46,798 nucleotides of DNA, from assembly GCA_002269645.1 (NCBI GenBank), contig NIVC01004413.1, positions 1 through 46,798 of the forward strand, read 5' to 3'. The stretch comes from Macrostomum lignano. Taxonomy: Eukaryota. Below, piece after piece: positions 30,974-41,020 of the stretch. Position numbers and translations under genes: made by a program. Every line of letters begins with the position of its first letter. Position 1 is the stretch's first letter. Under the pieces are notes generated by a model, which worked only from the letters and a program-made list of their open reading frames with translations, was not told the DNA's origin and did no database searches.

Positions 30974-32307
30974 TCAACCGAAGACAACGGTGTTGATATC
31001 GCCGCGGTTGCTCATCTTCCTGTAGACGTAGCGGTCGCTTCTCATCGTGAACCACACGTCGCAGCCCCAGCAGATCGAGCCGACGAAAGCCGCGTCCGAG
31101 CAGCTGTTGCCGATCTTGGAGCGGATCAGATTGGTCCAGGACTCGGCGTGGCTTCCGGAGCCCACCCGCTGAGCGGCGTCAAGCGCGGCGTTGCCTTTGG
31201 CCCGAGTAAATCTGGAAGATCCAGGGTTAGAACTGGCCACAACGACGTTGCGACCTCCGTGAGTCCTGAACCGAGCGTCTCCGCCACAGTAGGACACCCA
31301 GTGCTTGTCACCGCCAGAGACGTCCTTGTACGAAAGGGCGATCCAGTAACGACGGTCAAACTTGTCAGCGAGGAAGCGGTACATATGGCCTGAGAAGTCT
31401 TTGTTGCTTAGGTGTCTGTTATCCAGGATGACGCGACCAATGTCGGAAGTCATCTGAGAGTGGTACTTGCTCAGTACACCGTTCTCAACCTGCTGCATGC
31501 GGGTGAGCATCTTTTCCATCCGGGTGTCCCACAGTGCCTGAGTGACGGTGGCAGCATGATCTCCGTGGACCATCTTCTCGTAGGCGATCTCGAGCTGAGC
31601 ACCCCTCATGACCAGACGCTGCATGGCTAGCAGAAAGTTCATCACGTTACGCCTGTGGTTCTGGGTGTAGTGGACAACTGCCACTCCAAGGTTGTCGGAA
31701 ATGGTGAGGTCTGTTTCCACGACGGCCTGGTACAGTTTAAGTGCGGCAATTGGGTTTTTGCGGAAGGCGGTAAGGAACTGACGCTTGTGGACTTCGCGCG
31801 TCATGGCGTCGTTAGCTCCGACGTACTATCCAGCAGATGTGTGGTAGCCACAATGAAGGACTCGTAGTTGGCGTAGGTCACGCGAGTGGTTTGCCACTCG
31901 ATCAGTCGCTTGACCTCCTCAAGCTGTAGAGAGATGCTGTCTAGCTTGGCGTGCACCTCCTTGAACTGTTCGCGCATGAACTTCATCTCGGCGGATTCTT
32001 GCGCTCCCAGACCGCCAATCAGGTTGATGATGGCAATTACGAAGGACAGAACCTTTGAGACGACTTGGGCCACGATGTAGACCTTGGGAAACGCCTTGAA
32101 GATGTCTGAGTTAAAGATGTCAACGAAGTTCTTGACAGCCTCAAGAGCCTTCTTGGCTGTCTCCAAGTCATCGTTGACAGGCAGCGCCATCAGCTCTCCG
32201 GCGGTCTCCTCCATCCTCAGCACCATGGCACCATCCCCTGGCGACACCACTTCGGTGGCGGAGGCGACAGCGCACACAGCAAGAAGTCCAAGCAGAAGCA
32301 GCTTCAT
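30974..32307 (-). CDS. Secreted rapunzel/SE-cephalotoxin-like protein, copy A (intronless; 1-bp frameshift near 31826)
   Basis: Signal peptide MKLLLLGLLAVCAVASA. ORFs 32307-31801 and 31804-30974 join into a full homolog of copies B and C if one base is restored (..HLLD-x-YVGANDAMTREVHKRQF). Confidence 0.8.
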
Positions 32308-32863
32308 TGTCTATTTTTGCTCCGTCTTAGTCAAAGCCCAACTAGCAACCAGAAATTTATAGCGCTTTGTCCGTTAAAAAATAATTCCAGCCGCAGGTTT
32401 ACTCGTCTCACGGGTTGTCAAGCGGATAGTTGGACAATTTCGAAACGGAGCCCCAATCTGGAAGATTGGCACCGCAGGCCATGTGACTCAGTCACACAGC
32501 AAAAATGTATTGCTGCAGCATAAAGATAGGCTACTCTTCCACTGCAGTTAGTTTTATGTTTTTCTAGAATTTCACCTTGTACAACTTTTTTAACTCACAT
32601 TTATTAGACTCATTGTGATCGAAATAAGGTAAGTCGTAATTTTTTACCTCGTTATTCTCTATAAACCGATATGCTTTTAGCCGTGAGACTTCAATAAAGA
32701 AATCCAAGGCTAATAAAATTAATCAATCCGGCTAAATTGACATTATCTTTCTGCATAAGAATTCTTTCCAAGTTAGCAACTGATGTCGAAATCCCAAGAA
32801 AATTATTTTAGCACTAGGGGGAGGGCTGTCATCGGTTTCAAGACAACTTGGAGAAACTTGACG

Positions 32864-32913
32864 GCTGATAAGAACAGCCGCTTGCTGATAAATCCTGGAG
32901 TGATTTTATAAGA
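32864..32913 (+). promoter_or_regulatory. Putative core promoter of copy B: two GCTGATAA (GATA) motifs and TATAAGA
   Basis: GCTGATAAG 32864-72, GCTGATAAA 32884-92, TATA-like box ~55 nt before the ATG. Copies A (TATAAAT, 32355-61 minus) and C (TATAAAA, 36370-76 minus) have TATA boxes at similar distances. Confidence 0.45.
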
Positions 32914-32964
32914 CAAGTAACAAATTGAATTGGTAATTGAAACCGAAGGCAAATCTTGAAAGCC

Positions 32965-34293
32965 ATGAAGTCGCTACTAATTGGTCTGGTAGTCCTGTGC
33001 GCCATCGCCGCATGCGCGCACGCAGGCCGAACCGAAGCTGCGGCAGTGGTAGTCCGCTCGGAGGAGACCGGCCTTGACGTCTTTTCGGCGCCCTACAACC
33101 GAGATCTCGACATTGCTAAAGATGCTCTAGAAGCAGTGAAAGAGTTTATTGAGTTTTTTAATTCGGATCTATTTGAAGAGTCTGGTGTAAAGGAAATCGC
33201 AGAAGTAGTCTCCAAGGTATTTACCTTCGTAACCTCCATTATCGACCTGATCCAGGGTGCTCAGGGTGGTGAGTCGGCCGAGATGAAGTTCCTTCGTGAG
33301 CAGTTCGCTCAGGTTCACGCAAAGTTGGACAGCATTTCGCTGCAGCTCGATGACGTCAAGAGACTTATCGAGTGGCGAACAACGCGAGTGATGTACGCGA
33401 ACTACGAGACCTTCATCATCGCGGCCAGCTCAATCCTCAACAATTACGTGGCGGCACCTGAGAGCTCCCGCGAGGTGCTGAAACGCCAGTTCATCGCTGC
33501 ATTCCAGCATAACCCGCTCGCTCCGCTGAAGCTGTACCAGGCAATCGTAGAGAAGAACTTCGTGATCGCCGAGAACCTCGCTGCCGCGGTGGTCCACTAC
33601 ACCCAGAACCACCGACGCCACGTGATCAACTTCTTGCTGGCCATGCAGCGCTTGATCATGAGGGGCGCACAGCTCGAGATCGCCTACGAGAAGATGGTCC
33701 ACGGAGACGGAGCCGGAAACGTGGCCAAGACCGTTTGGGACGGTCGCATGCAGAAGCTGCTTAGCCGCATGAAGCAGCTGGAGACTGACGTAAAAAACCG
33801 GTACCACTCTCAGATGACTTCCGACATTGGTCGCGTCATCCTGGATAACAGACACCTAAGCAACAAAGACTTCTCAGGCCATATGTACCGCTTCCTCGCT
33901 GACAAGTTTGACCGTCGTTACTGGATCGCCCTTTCTTACAAGGACGTCTCTGGCGGTGACAAGCACTGGGTGTCCTACTGTGGCGGAGACGCTCGGTTCA
34001 GGACTCACGGAGGTCGCAACGTCGTTGTGGCCAGTTCTAACCCTGGATCTTCCAGATTTACTCGGGCCAAAGGCAACGCCGCGCTTGACGCCGCTCAGCG
34101 GGTGGGCTCCGGAAGCCACGCCGAGTCCTGGACCAATCTGATCCGCTCCAAGATCGGCAACAGCTGCTCGGACGCGGCTTTCGTCGGCTCGATCTGCTGG
34201 GGCTGCGACGTGTGGTTCACGATGAGAAGCGACCGCTACGTCTACAGGAAGATGAGCAACCGCGGCGATATCAACACCGTTGTCTTCGGTTGA
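32965..34293 (+). CDS. Secreted rapunzel/SE-cephalotoxin-like protein, copy B (intronless, 442 aa)
   Basis: ATG at 32965, signal peptide MKSLLIGLVVLCAIAACAHA. ESAEMKFLREQFAQVHAKLD, KRQFIAAF, LYQAI, RRHVINF and WDGRMQKL recall the rapunzel-family motifs as I remember them (ESKEAEYMKEQF..., LYNAV, RRAVEDF, WAEKMKVV). C-terminal KFDRRYWIALSYKDVSGGDKH domain. Family assignment is from memory, not from a search. Confidence 0.82.
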   Translation: MKSLLIGLVVLCAIAACAHAGRTEAAAVVVRSEETGLDVFSAPYNRDLDIAKDALEAVKEFIEFFNSDLFEESGVKEIAEVVSKVFTFVTSIIDLIQGAQGGESAEMKFLREQFAQVHAKLDSISLQLDDVKRLIEWRTTRVMYANYETFIIAASSILNNYVAAPESSREVLKRQFIAAFQHNPLAPLKLYQAIVEKNFVIAENLAAAVVHYTQNHRRHVINFLLAMQRLIMRGAQLEIAYEKMVHGDGAGNVAKTVWDGRMQKLLSRMKQLETDVKNRYHSQMTSDIGRVILDNRHLSNKDFSGHMYRFLADKFDRRYWIALSYKDVSGGDKHWVSYCGGDARFRTHGGRNVVVASSNPGSSRFTRAKGNAALDAAQRVGSGSHAESWTNLIRSKIGNSCSDAAFVGSICWGCDVWFTMRSDRYVYRKMSNRGDINTVVFG

Positions 34294-34946
34294 TTTCTGT
34301 CTGATGTCTGCAGTGCATTGTTGCTGTAGAGTGACGAATAATCTGTCGCTTTTTGGTTCAAACGAAATACACTTGTGTTGCTGTTTGAATGTAGGGATTA
34401 GATATATATATATCTATATTGGCCAATTTTATCCGTTTCAATGCCTTAGTTATTTTTTAATTTAGTTAATGTTATTTATTACATTGCCAAATTGTATTAC
34501 AAAAAAAGACGGAAAAAACAGTAATTTTGAGCATTTGCGTTTGACACAACCACGGTTTCTATAAAACAGCTATACTTCCAGTTTACATGCATTATATTTT
34601 TGACTCCCTTCTCGTCAAACTGTTTGTCATTTTTTTATAAAAGATGAATTAAAAATGCAGTTGAAGCTACTGTGATAGGCACATAATGCATATTTCATTA
34701 AAACTAATGCTTAAAGAATTACATGACTACCTCTGCATCGGACCACTAATTGACTAAACATTAGAAAGAACTCTGAAAATTAGGAAAGCAACAGCTAGGG
34801 CAAAAACCATGGTTGAACCAGAATTGAAAGCTTTTTCAACAAACGAGCCAAGTGTATTTTTCCATGAAAAAAACGAAACACGCTTCCATTCTTTTCCAAA
34901 CACAAAATTTCGCAACTAGCTAGCTATATGTCATTTTGCAAGAGTC

Positions 34947-36314
34947 CTAGCCGAAGATAATGGTGTTGATGTCGCCCCGGTTGCTCATCTTCCTGTAGAC
35001 GTAGCGGTCGCTTCTCATCGTGAACCACACGTCGCAGCCCCAGCAGATCGAACCGACGAAAGCCGCATCCGCACAGCTGTTGCCGATCTTGGAGCGGATC
35101 AGATTGGTCCAGGACTCGGCGTGGCTTCCGGAGCCCACCCGCTGAGCGTCGTCAAGCGCGGCGTTGCCTCGCGGCTGACTGAACCTCGATGATCTCTTAT
35201 CTGCGCTGGCCACCACGACGTTGCGGCTTCCGTGAGTCCTAAATCGGAGATCTCCGCCGCAGAAGGACACCCAGTGCTTGTCACCGCCAGAGACGTCCTT
35301 GTACGCCAAAGAAAACCAGTTGCGATGATCGAACTTGTCAGCGAGAAAGCGGTACATATGGCCTGAGAAGTCTTTGTTGCTGAGGTGCCTGTTGTTCAAG
35401 ATGACGCCACCAATGTCGGAAGTCATCTGAGAGTGGTACTTACTCTTTATCTCGTTTTCCAGGCGCATCATTCGAATCAAAAGCTTCTCCATCCGGCCAT
35501 TCCAAACGGTCTTGGCCACGTTTCCGGCTCCGTCTCCGTGGACCATCTTCTCGTAGGCGATCTCGAGCTGTGCGCCCCTCATGATCAAGCGCTGCATGGC
35601 CAGCAAGAAGTTGATCACGTGGCGTCGGTGGTTCTGGGTGTAGTGGACCACAGCGGCAGCGAGGTTCTCGGCGATCACGAAGTCCTTCTCTACGATGGCC
35701 TGGTACAGCTTCAGCGGAGCGAGCGGGTTATGCTGGAATGCAGCGATGAACTGGCGTTTCAGCACCTCGCGGGAGCTCTCAGGTGCCGCCACGTAATTGT
35801 TGAGGATTGAGCTGGCCGCGATGATGAAGGTCTCGTAGTTCGCGTACATCACTCGCGTTGTTCGCCACTCGATAAGTCTCTTGACGTCATCGAGCTGCAG
35901 CGAAATGCTGTCCAACTTTGCGTGAACCTGGGCGAACTGCTCACGAAGGAACTTCATCTCGGCCGACTCGGTGCCTTGCAGGTGTTGAATTAGGTCGATG
36001 ACGGATGTGACAAATGTAAAGACTTTGGAGACGACTTCTGCAACCTGGGTGACGTTGCCGTTTACCTTTTCAAAGATTTCAGAGTTGAAAAACTCGATGA
36101 ACTCTTTTGTGGCCTCAAGAGAGTCCTTTGCGGTGTCGAGGTCTCGACTGTTCGTTGCCTGAGCAAAAACATCAACACCTGTATCCTCGGTTCGGATCTC
36201 GATGTCTCCAGCAGCTTCCTTTGTAATGCCACCATCACTTGCAGCTTCCAGAAGGCCCGTGCCATCTGTGGCAGCGGCGCACATGCTGAGCAGACAAATA
36301 AGAAGTATTCTCAT
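34947..36314 (-). CDS. Secreted rapunzel/SE-cephalotoxin-like protein, copy C (intronless, 455 aa)
   Basis: ATG at 36314, signal peptide MRILLICLLSMCAAA; full-length paralog of copy B. Confidence 0.82.
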   Translation of the reverse strand: MRILLICLLSMCAAATDGTGLLEAASDGGITKEAAGDIEIRTEDTGVDVFAQATNSRDLDTAKDSLEATKEFIEFFNSEIFEKVNGNVTQVAEVVSKVFTFVTSVIDLIQHLQGTESAEMKFLREQFAQVHAKLDSISLQLDDVKRLIEWRTTRVMYANYETFIIAASSILNNYVAAPESSREVLKRQFIAAFQHNPLAPLKLYQAIVEKDFVIAENLAAAVVHYTQNHRRHVINFLLAMQRLIMRGAQLEIAYEKMVHGDGAGNVAKTVWNGRMEKLLIRMMRLENEIKSKYHSQMTSDIGGVILNNRHLSNKDFSGHMYRFLADKFDHRNWFSLAYKDVSGGDKHWVSFCGGDLRFRTHGSRNVVVASADKRSSRFSQPRGNAALDDAQRVGSGSHAESWTNLIRSKIGNSCADAAFVGSICWGCDVWFTMRSDRYVYRKMSNRGDINTIIFG

Positions 36315-37326
36315 TTTCCCTTTTGACTTAACCTGGTTGGATTGCGAATCCACTTTTTACAGTCGAAGCTTTTATAGTGGAAATATTGATTTGAAAAGTT
36401 ATCATTATTTTTTTCTTATCAGCTTGTCGTGCGCCTTTAGTGTGATTCCTTCTGGGCTTTTCTAGCGCTCCTTCTGTGCGAGTTCCTATACTGTAAGAGA
36501 TAAACGAATCTTCCTTGCCTAATACATGTATCTGTAAATCCTAGGCTGCAGTCCTAGCTTGCTGCAGGTTCTTCGATAAGTGGTTCGACCTAGCCATGCC
36601 ATTATTTAATTCTATTTTATTAGTCTGCCTTTAATCTGATTTCAGCAAAGCTTTTTTGGCTAAATTATGAATTAACTTGTTAAAAATCATGGGTTACGAT
36701 TATTTATCATATGTACAGTCTTCATCAAGGGAGAAGCGGCGTGGAGCTAAGACGACCCCAGCACAGTGGTCTCAACTCCAGTGTTCTTCAGAGCGAGGTG
36801 CCTGCCTATCAGCTTCTGTGCGGCAGATACGCGTCGAAGGCAGCTGCTCAGCGATCGAAAAGTTATTTTTCACTTTTTTTTCACTTTTTCAGGATAGCCT
36901 AGGCAATTCAACCCTAATTCGGTCCCTTTCTGTCGTAGAACCGACTCCAAACCTGCAGTCCTGGAATGCAAGGCCCAGCTTGTGGCTCAATATCTTTATT
37001 CTGAAATCGTGTTTCTGTATTGGATTTGGAGTGCCTGCGTACCGACCCTCTGCTATGTGTAGCGTCGCCAGTGTACACTTGGCGGTCCCCGTCTCAGAGT
37101 GTGTTGGGGTGGGGTTGATGTGCGTGAGGCGTTGTTGAGTCAGAGAGTTGGAGAGAGAGAACATTGATTTAATTTAATATATATGCAATAATTTAGCCAC
37201 AGGGCTCATTTACCTGTTTTTTGTTAAAGTCTAACCCTCAGATTTTATTAGACTTAATTAGCGGAACGGCCGGAGGGCAAGGATTGGAGAGCACGAGCAA
37301 AACATCCCAAAAACCCGGACAAAGGA

Positions 37327-38339
37327 TTAAAAAGTAGGGTAGACGGCGACGGGGCGAGTCAGGCGAGCGCTAGGAGGTGCCGACAGCACACGGTTGACCA
37401 TTGGGCGCAGGAGACGGAGGCAACCTCCCGACTGCGGCAGGTAGCGTGAAACGGCGCCGCTGCGCCAGCCGCCCAGCCGCTTGATCTGCTCCACGTCGAG
37501 GCCGCTGTCGAACGCCAGACAGGCGCCACCCCGTCGTAGAGAGTGGCCTGAGAAAGCTGTCGCCGCCCAACCCGCATCTGTCAGAGCCCGAGCGAGGCGG
37601 CGGTCGAATTGACGCGATGACATCGGGCACCAGCTTCCGGCGATGTGGACGCAAAACAGCCGAGTGAGCGCCGGCGCAGACCGCAGCTTGTTAGTCTGAA
37701 AATGCCGCCGCAGGGCTTGGACAGGGCATAGTGGGTGGCTTCCGAGCGCTGGCAGCACCGCCTCCTGGTAGTCTTGTCCGCATTGGTTGGTCTTCGACTG
37801 TCGAACTCGGAGTCTCCAGCACTGACTATCGGCCTGAGTGTCGCCGACGAGAATGGAGTGGCGCCCGCAGACATTTGCTTTCCTGAGAAGCGCCCAGAAG
37901 CAGCAGAGCACGGCGGCCCAAAAGGCGGCGTCTGCAGGGTCTCTTGGGTTCACCTGGTTTGCCAGTGAAAGCAGAACAGCCGGGGTGATGGGGTCTTTCT
38001 GCTTGACTGAATGGCCGCTTGTCCGTTTGGCGCTCTTGACTGCCAGATCGATCAGGCCGGACTTGGTGATGTCGGGGAGTAGCGCCAGCTTGAAGCTCCA
38101 GCTGATGGCCGCCAGGTGTCCACCGAGGCTACCGGGTGCCACGCCGCGCTTAGCCAGGCGTCGCACATACTCGACCAAGTGCACCGGGGACGCCGCTAGT
38201 GGCTGAACACCTTCGAGGTTGCAGAAGCGCTGCCACTGTTCGAGGTTTGAAGCGTACGATGCCCTCGTACTAGGAGCCCAGGCGTCGGCGAGAAAGCGAA
38301 GGAGCGGCCCGGGTAGGCGGGAGGCAGGAGGCGCCGGAC
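37327..38339 (-). CDS. Tyrosine recombinase of the YR retrotransposon
   Basis: Frame extends upstream of the called ORF (…LADAWAPSTRASYASNLEQWQRFC). Catalytic residues present: R (LLRKAN), K (SKTNQ), HxxR (GHSLRRG), W (LGGWRS), Y (VSRYL). No ATG; a strong splice acceptor precedes it at 38340-41. Confidence 0.9.
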
Positions 38340-40148
38340 CTGCAAAAGCAAAAGGGAGGCGGAGGCAGGGCAGAGTGCGTGGCGCGAGATGCAGCAGGAT
38401 TCAGCAGCTAAATCATGCAGGCTACGGTAGAAGCGGAGAAAGAAATTCTGCGCCCCGCTTCTAGAAGCAAGGCGAGAGGCCGGGTCCGCCAGGACCTGGA
38501 AGGCGCCCGGAACGTGAAAGGCCCGCAGCCGCAGACCCCACGCGTCGCAGGCAAGCGACAGCGTGTGCAGGAGCCGGTTGACGTCGTTACATGGCGAGCT
38601 GAGCTTGTTCAGCGCACCGACAGCCGCTGAGCTGTCGCTGTACACGACGATGTCCGCACCGGCGAAGCGGCCCGGGGCCGCGAGGATGCTGAGGACAGGC
38701 GTGATGGTCTCCTTAACGTTGATGTGGGCCGAAGCAAAACGGCCACCAGCGTCGTTCTTCCAGTTGATGTAGAGCCAGTCGGATTTATTGGCCTCCCGAA
38801 CAATGCAGGCACCACCCGAGTTGCAGGCGTCAGTCTCGATGACGATCTTTCGAGCGTAGCGAGGCCAGATGGGCGCGCAGCCAACGGACTGAAGGCTTCT
38901 CCTCCACCAGTGCAGCAGCTCAGTGAGGTGCGGGGTCAGCCGCAATTTGTCCCCAGGTCTAGTCGCCCGGCTCGCCAGCATCAGTAGAGGGCGGATGGAA
39001 GCTCGGCCTTTCCTGGTCACGCTGCTCACCCAGGACAGCTTGCCGCAGATCCGCTGAAGGTCGCGCTTGCTGATGGCACCGCGTCGATGCAAGCAGCTCC
39101 CAAGTGCGTCTTCGAGTGCACTGAGCTTGGCCACTGGGATGCTCAGCATCCCCGACTCTGTGTCAATCAGGACGCCCAGGAAAACCGTGCGCCGCGACGG
39201 CCCGCTAGACTTCTTTTCGTTGATGGTGAAACCGAGGCTCGTCGCCAGGCTCCTCAAGCTCTCGTAAGCCTCGACACAGGACTCGTAGGTGCTCCCGGCC
39301 ACAGCGAAGTCGTCGAGGTAGCCAACGCAGGTGAACTCGCGCCGTTGCATCATGCGCACCACCGCCTTAGACAGCCTGTTGAAATGGTACACCGAGGCCG
39401 CAGCGCCGAAGCTCAGCCGGGTGTCGACCAGGTAGGTAGGCTCGCTGTCGCCGCTAAATTGCCATTTGATTCCCAGAGCGTCGAGAGAAGAAGGATGAAC
39501 ACCTACAGAGCGATACGCCTCCTTGAGATCGATCTTGGCCGTGAAGTCACCGGGCTTGAGTTGTGAGCAGAGGCCGCTAACCGTTTCAAACTTAATCTTG
39601 TGGTCTGCGATAAAGTGGTCGTTGACCGCACAGCCTTCCGGACGACTGCAGTCGTGGATGATACGGACTCCACCGTCCTCTTTCGGGATGGCACCAAGCG
39701 CGGAGATCTTGCACGGACGTCGGCTGACTGACACATACCGCCCGCTGGCGATCTCACGCTGCAATTGCTCTTCAACCAGCGTCTTGTACTCACTGGCGGA
39801 CGAGTAGTTCTCAACTTCGGAAGGCTTAAAATCTGTTTCAGTAGTGAGCGCGAAGCCGTTTTGGACTCCGTCAATTAAAAAAGGCCCATCGGGGTCGCCG
39901 TCTAGCTCCTTCGCCCAGGCATTTGCGTCAAGGGAGCCACTCGGATTGAAATTGATGTCGCGAATGGAGTAAAAACTTGGGATTAAAATTTGCGGCTGCC
40001 AGCTTGCCGGGGCCACTGGAGCCGCGGCTATTCGTTTTTTGCCGCGTGTTGCGTCTCGCCGTGGTCCGAGCGCAAGCAGACCCGGCACGCATGAGTGTAC
40101 TTGCAATTCTGGAACTTGCAGCCACCACGGGTATTGAACTTGAGGCAC
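38196..40148 (-). CDS. Reverse transcriptase-RNase H of the YR retrotransposon
   Basis: KIDLKEAY, SFGAA, GYLDDF, FLGVLID; RNase H ETDAC..HINVKE..YSDS..HVPG..ADPASR. Confidence 0.93.
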   Translation of the reverse strand: MPQVQYPWWLQVPELQVHSCVPGLLALGPRRDATRGKKRIAAAPVAPASWQPQILIPSFYSIRDINFNPSGSLDANAWAKELDGDPDGPFLIDGVQNGFALTTETDFKPSEVENYSSASEYKTLVEEQLQREIASGRYVSVSRRPCKISALGAIPKEDGGVRIIHDCSRPEGCAVNDHFIADHKIKFETVSGLCSQLKPGDFTAKIDLKEAYRSVGVHPSSLDALGIKWQFSGDSEPTYLVDTRLSFGAAASVYHFNRLSKAVVRMMQRREFTCVGYLDDFAVAGSTYESCVEAYESLRSLATSLGFTINEKKSSGPSRRTVFLGVLIDTESGMLSIPVAKLSALEDALGSCLHRRGAISKRDLQRICGKLSWVSSVTRKGRASIRPLLMLASRATRPGDKLRLTPHLTELLHWWRRSLQSVGCAPIWPRYARKIVIETDACNSGGACIVREANKSDWLYINWKNDAGGRFASAHINVKETITPVLSILAAPGRFAGADIVVYSDSSAAVGALNKLSSPCNDVNRLLHTLSLACDAWGLRLRAFHVPGAFQVLADPASRLASRSGAQNFFLRFYRSLHDLAAESCCISRHALCPASASLLLLQVRRLLPPAYPGRSFAFSPTPGLLVRGHRTLQTSNSGSASATSKVFSH

Positions 40149-41020
40149 ACGGGCGCACCTTGGATCACCGGAATCTTCCTATCCATGCGAGAACGGGCAT
40201 GTTGTGGAGTCTGCTGCGGGGCGATGAGGTGCCGTGCCACCAGCGAGAAACTCGGTCGCGCCCAGTCTTGCATGCCCGCCTGCTGCTCTCTTCTAAATGC
40301 GTCGTCGAACCGCATGATCCTGGTGGTGTCGTAACCTGCCTCGACTAGCTCACCGATCTGCACATTGTACTGCAAGTACTGCCGAACGCCTTCCAGGTCG
40401 AGCTGTCCCCTAGAGATCAGGGCGTCGAGGATGCGCGCGTTGCCGACTATCCACTGACCGATTCCCAGCGATTCGGGTTTAGGCTGATTGGCGGTTGGAT
40501 GCAGCATCTTTTCCCTACGACTCGCCGACGCCGTCCGAGGGTCGAAACCGCAGAAATCCGCAACGACGAGTGGTGCCGCCCGTAGCCCTAGTTGAGCTAC
40601 TGAGGGTTCGAGCCTGGTCTCGAACCCGGGACCTCTGAGCATACTTGGGATATTCATGTCGCTACTACAATCAGAGGGCTCATTAAGAAGCTGTTGGTCC
40701 ACCTCACCTGGTCTAAATCGGCCTTCCAGCTGCTGGCGCATTGCTGCCGTCTCCGATTCCAGGCTAGCTATCTTCCGCCGGAGCTCTGCTAGGTCCAGCG
40801 CCTCCCCTGCCTCCAGCCGTTGTTGCTGCTGCTGCCGCCGACCTTCGCTGTCGGTTTCCGCGGAGTTTGACGCCGCTTGTTCCCGCCGACTAGCTGCTTC
40901 GCTCTGGTTCATCGCAGTGGAGAGTCTGCTGACCAGGTCTTTCTTGTAGCCGTGCGTGCTCAGGCCCCTATCACTCAATTCTTCACGTAGCTGATTTACA
41001 GTCATCCTACGCAAACTCAT
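40028..41020 (-). CDS. Gag-like ORF1 with N-terminal SAP motif and C-terminal CCCH-type zinc finger
   Basis: MTVNQLREELSDRGLSTHGYKKDLVSRL matches the SAP pattern (L...L..RGL...G.K..LV.RL); C-terminal CLKFNTRGGCKFQNCKYTHACRVC. Confidence 0.85.
   Translation of the reverse strand: MSLRRMTVNQLREELSDRGLSTHGYKKDLVSRLSTAMNQSEAASRREQAASNSAETDSEGRRQQQQQRLEAGEALDLAELRRKIASLESETAAMRQQLEGRFRPGEVDQQLLNEPSDCSSDMNIPSMLRGPGFETRLEPSVAQLGLRAAPLVVADFCGFDPRTASASRREKMLHPTANQPKPESLGIGQWIVGNARILDALISRGQLDLEGVRQYLQYNVQIGELVEAGYDTTRIMRFDDAFRREQQAGMQDWARPSFSLVARHLIAPQQTPQHARSRMDRKIPVIQGAPVCLKFNTRGGCKFQNCKYTHACRVCLRSDHGETQHAAKNE

Noticed and set aside
32956-32964. ORF-track starts at 32956 (TTG) and 36353
   Set aside because: The downstream ATGs at 32965 and 36314 begin the signal peptides and fit the TATA spacing.
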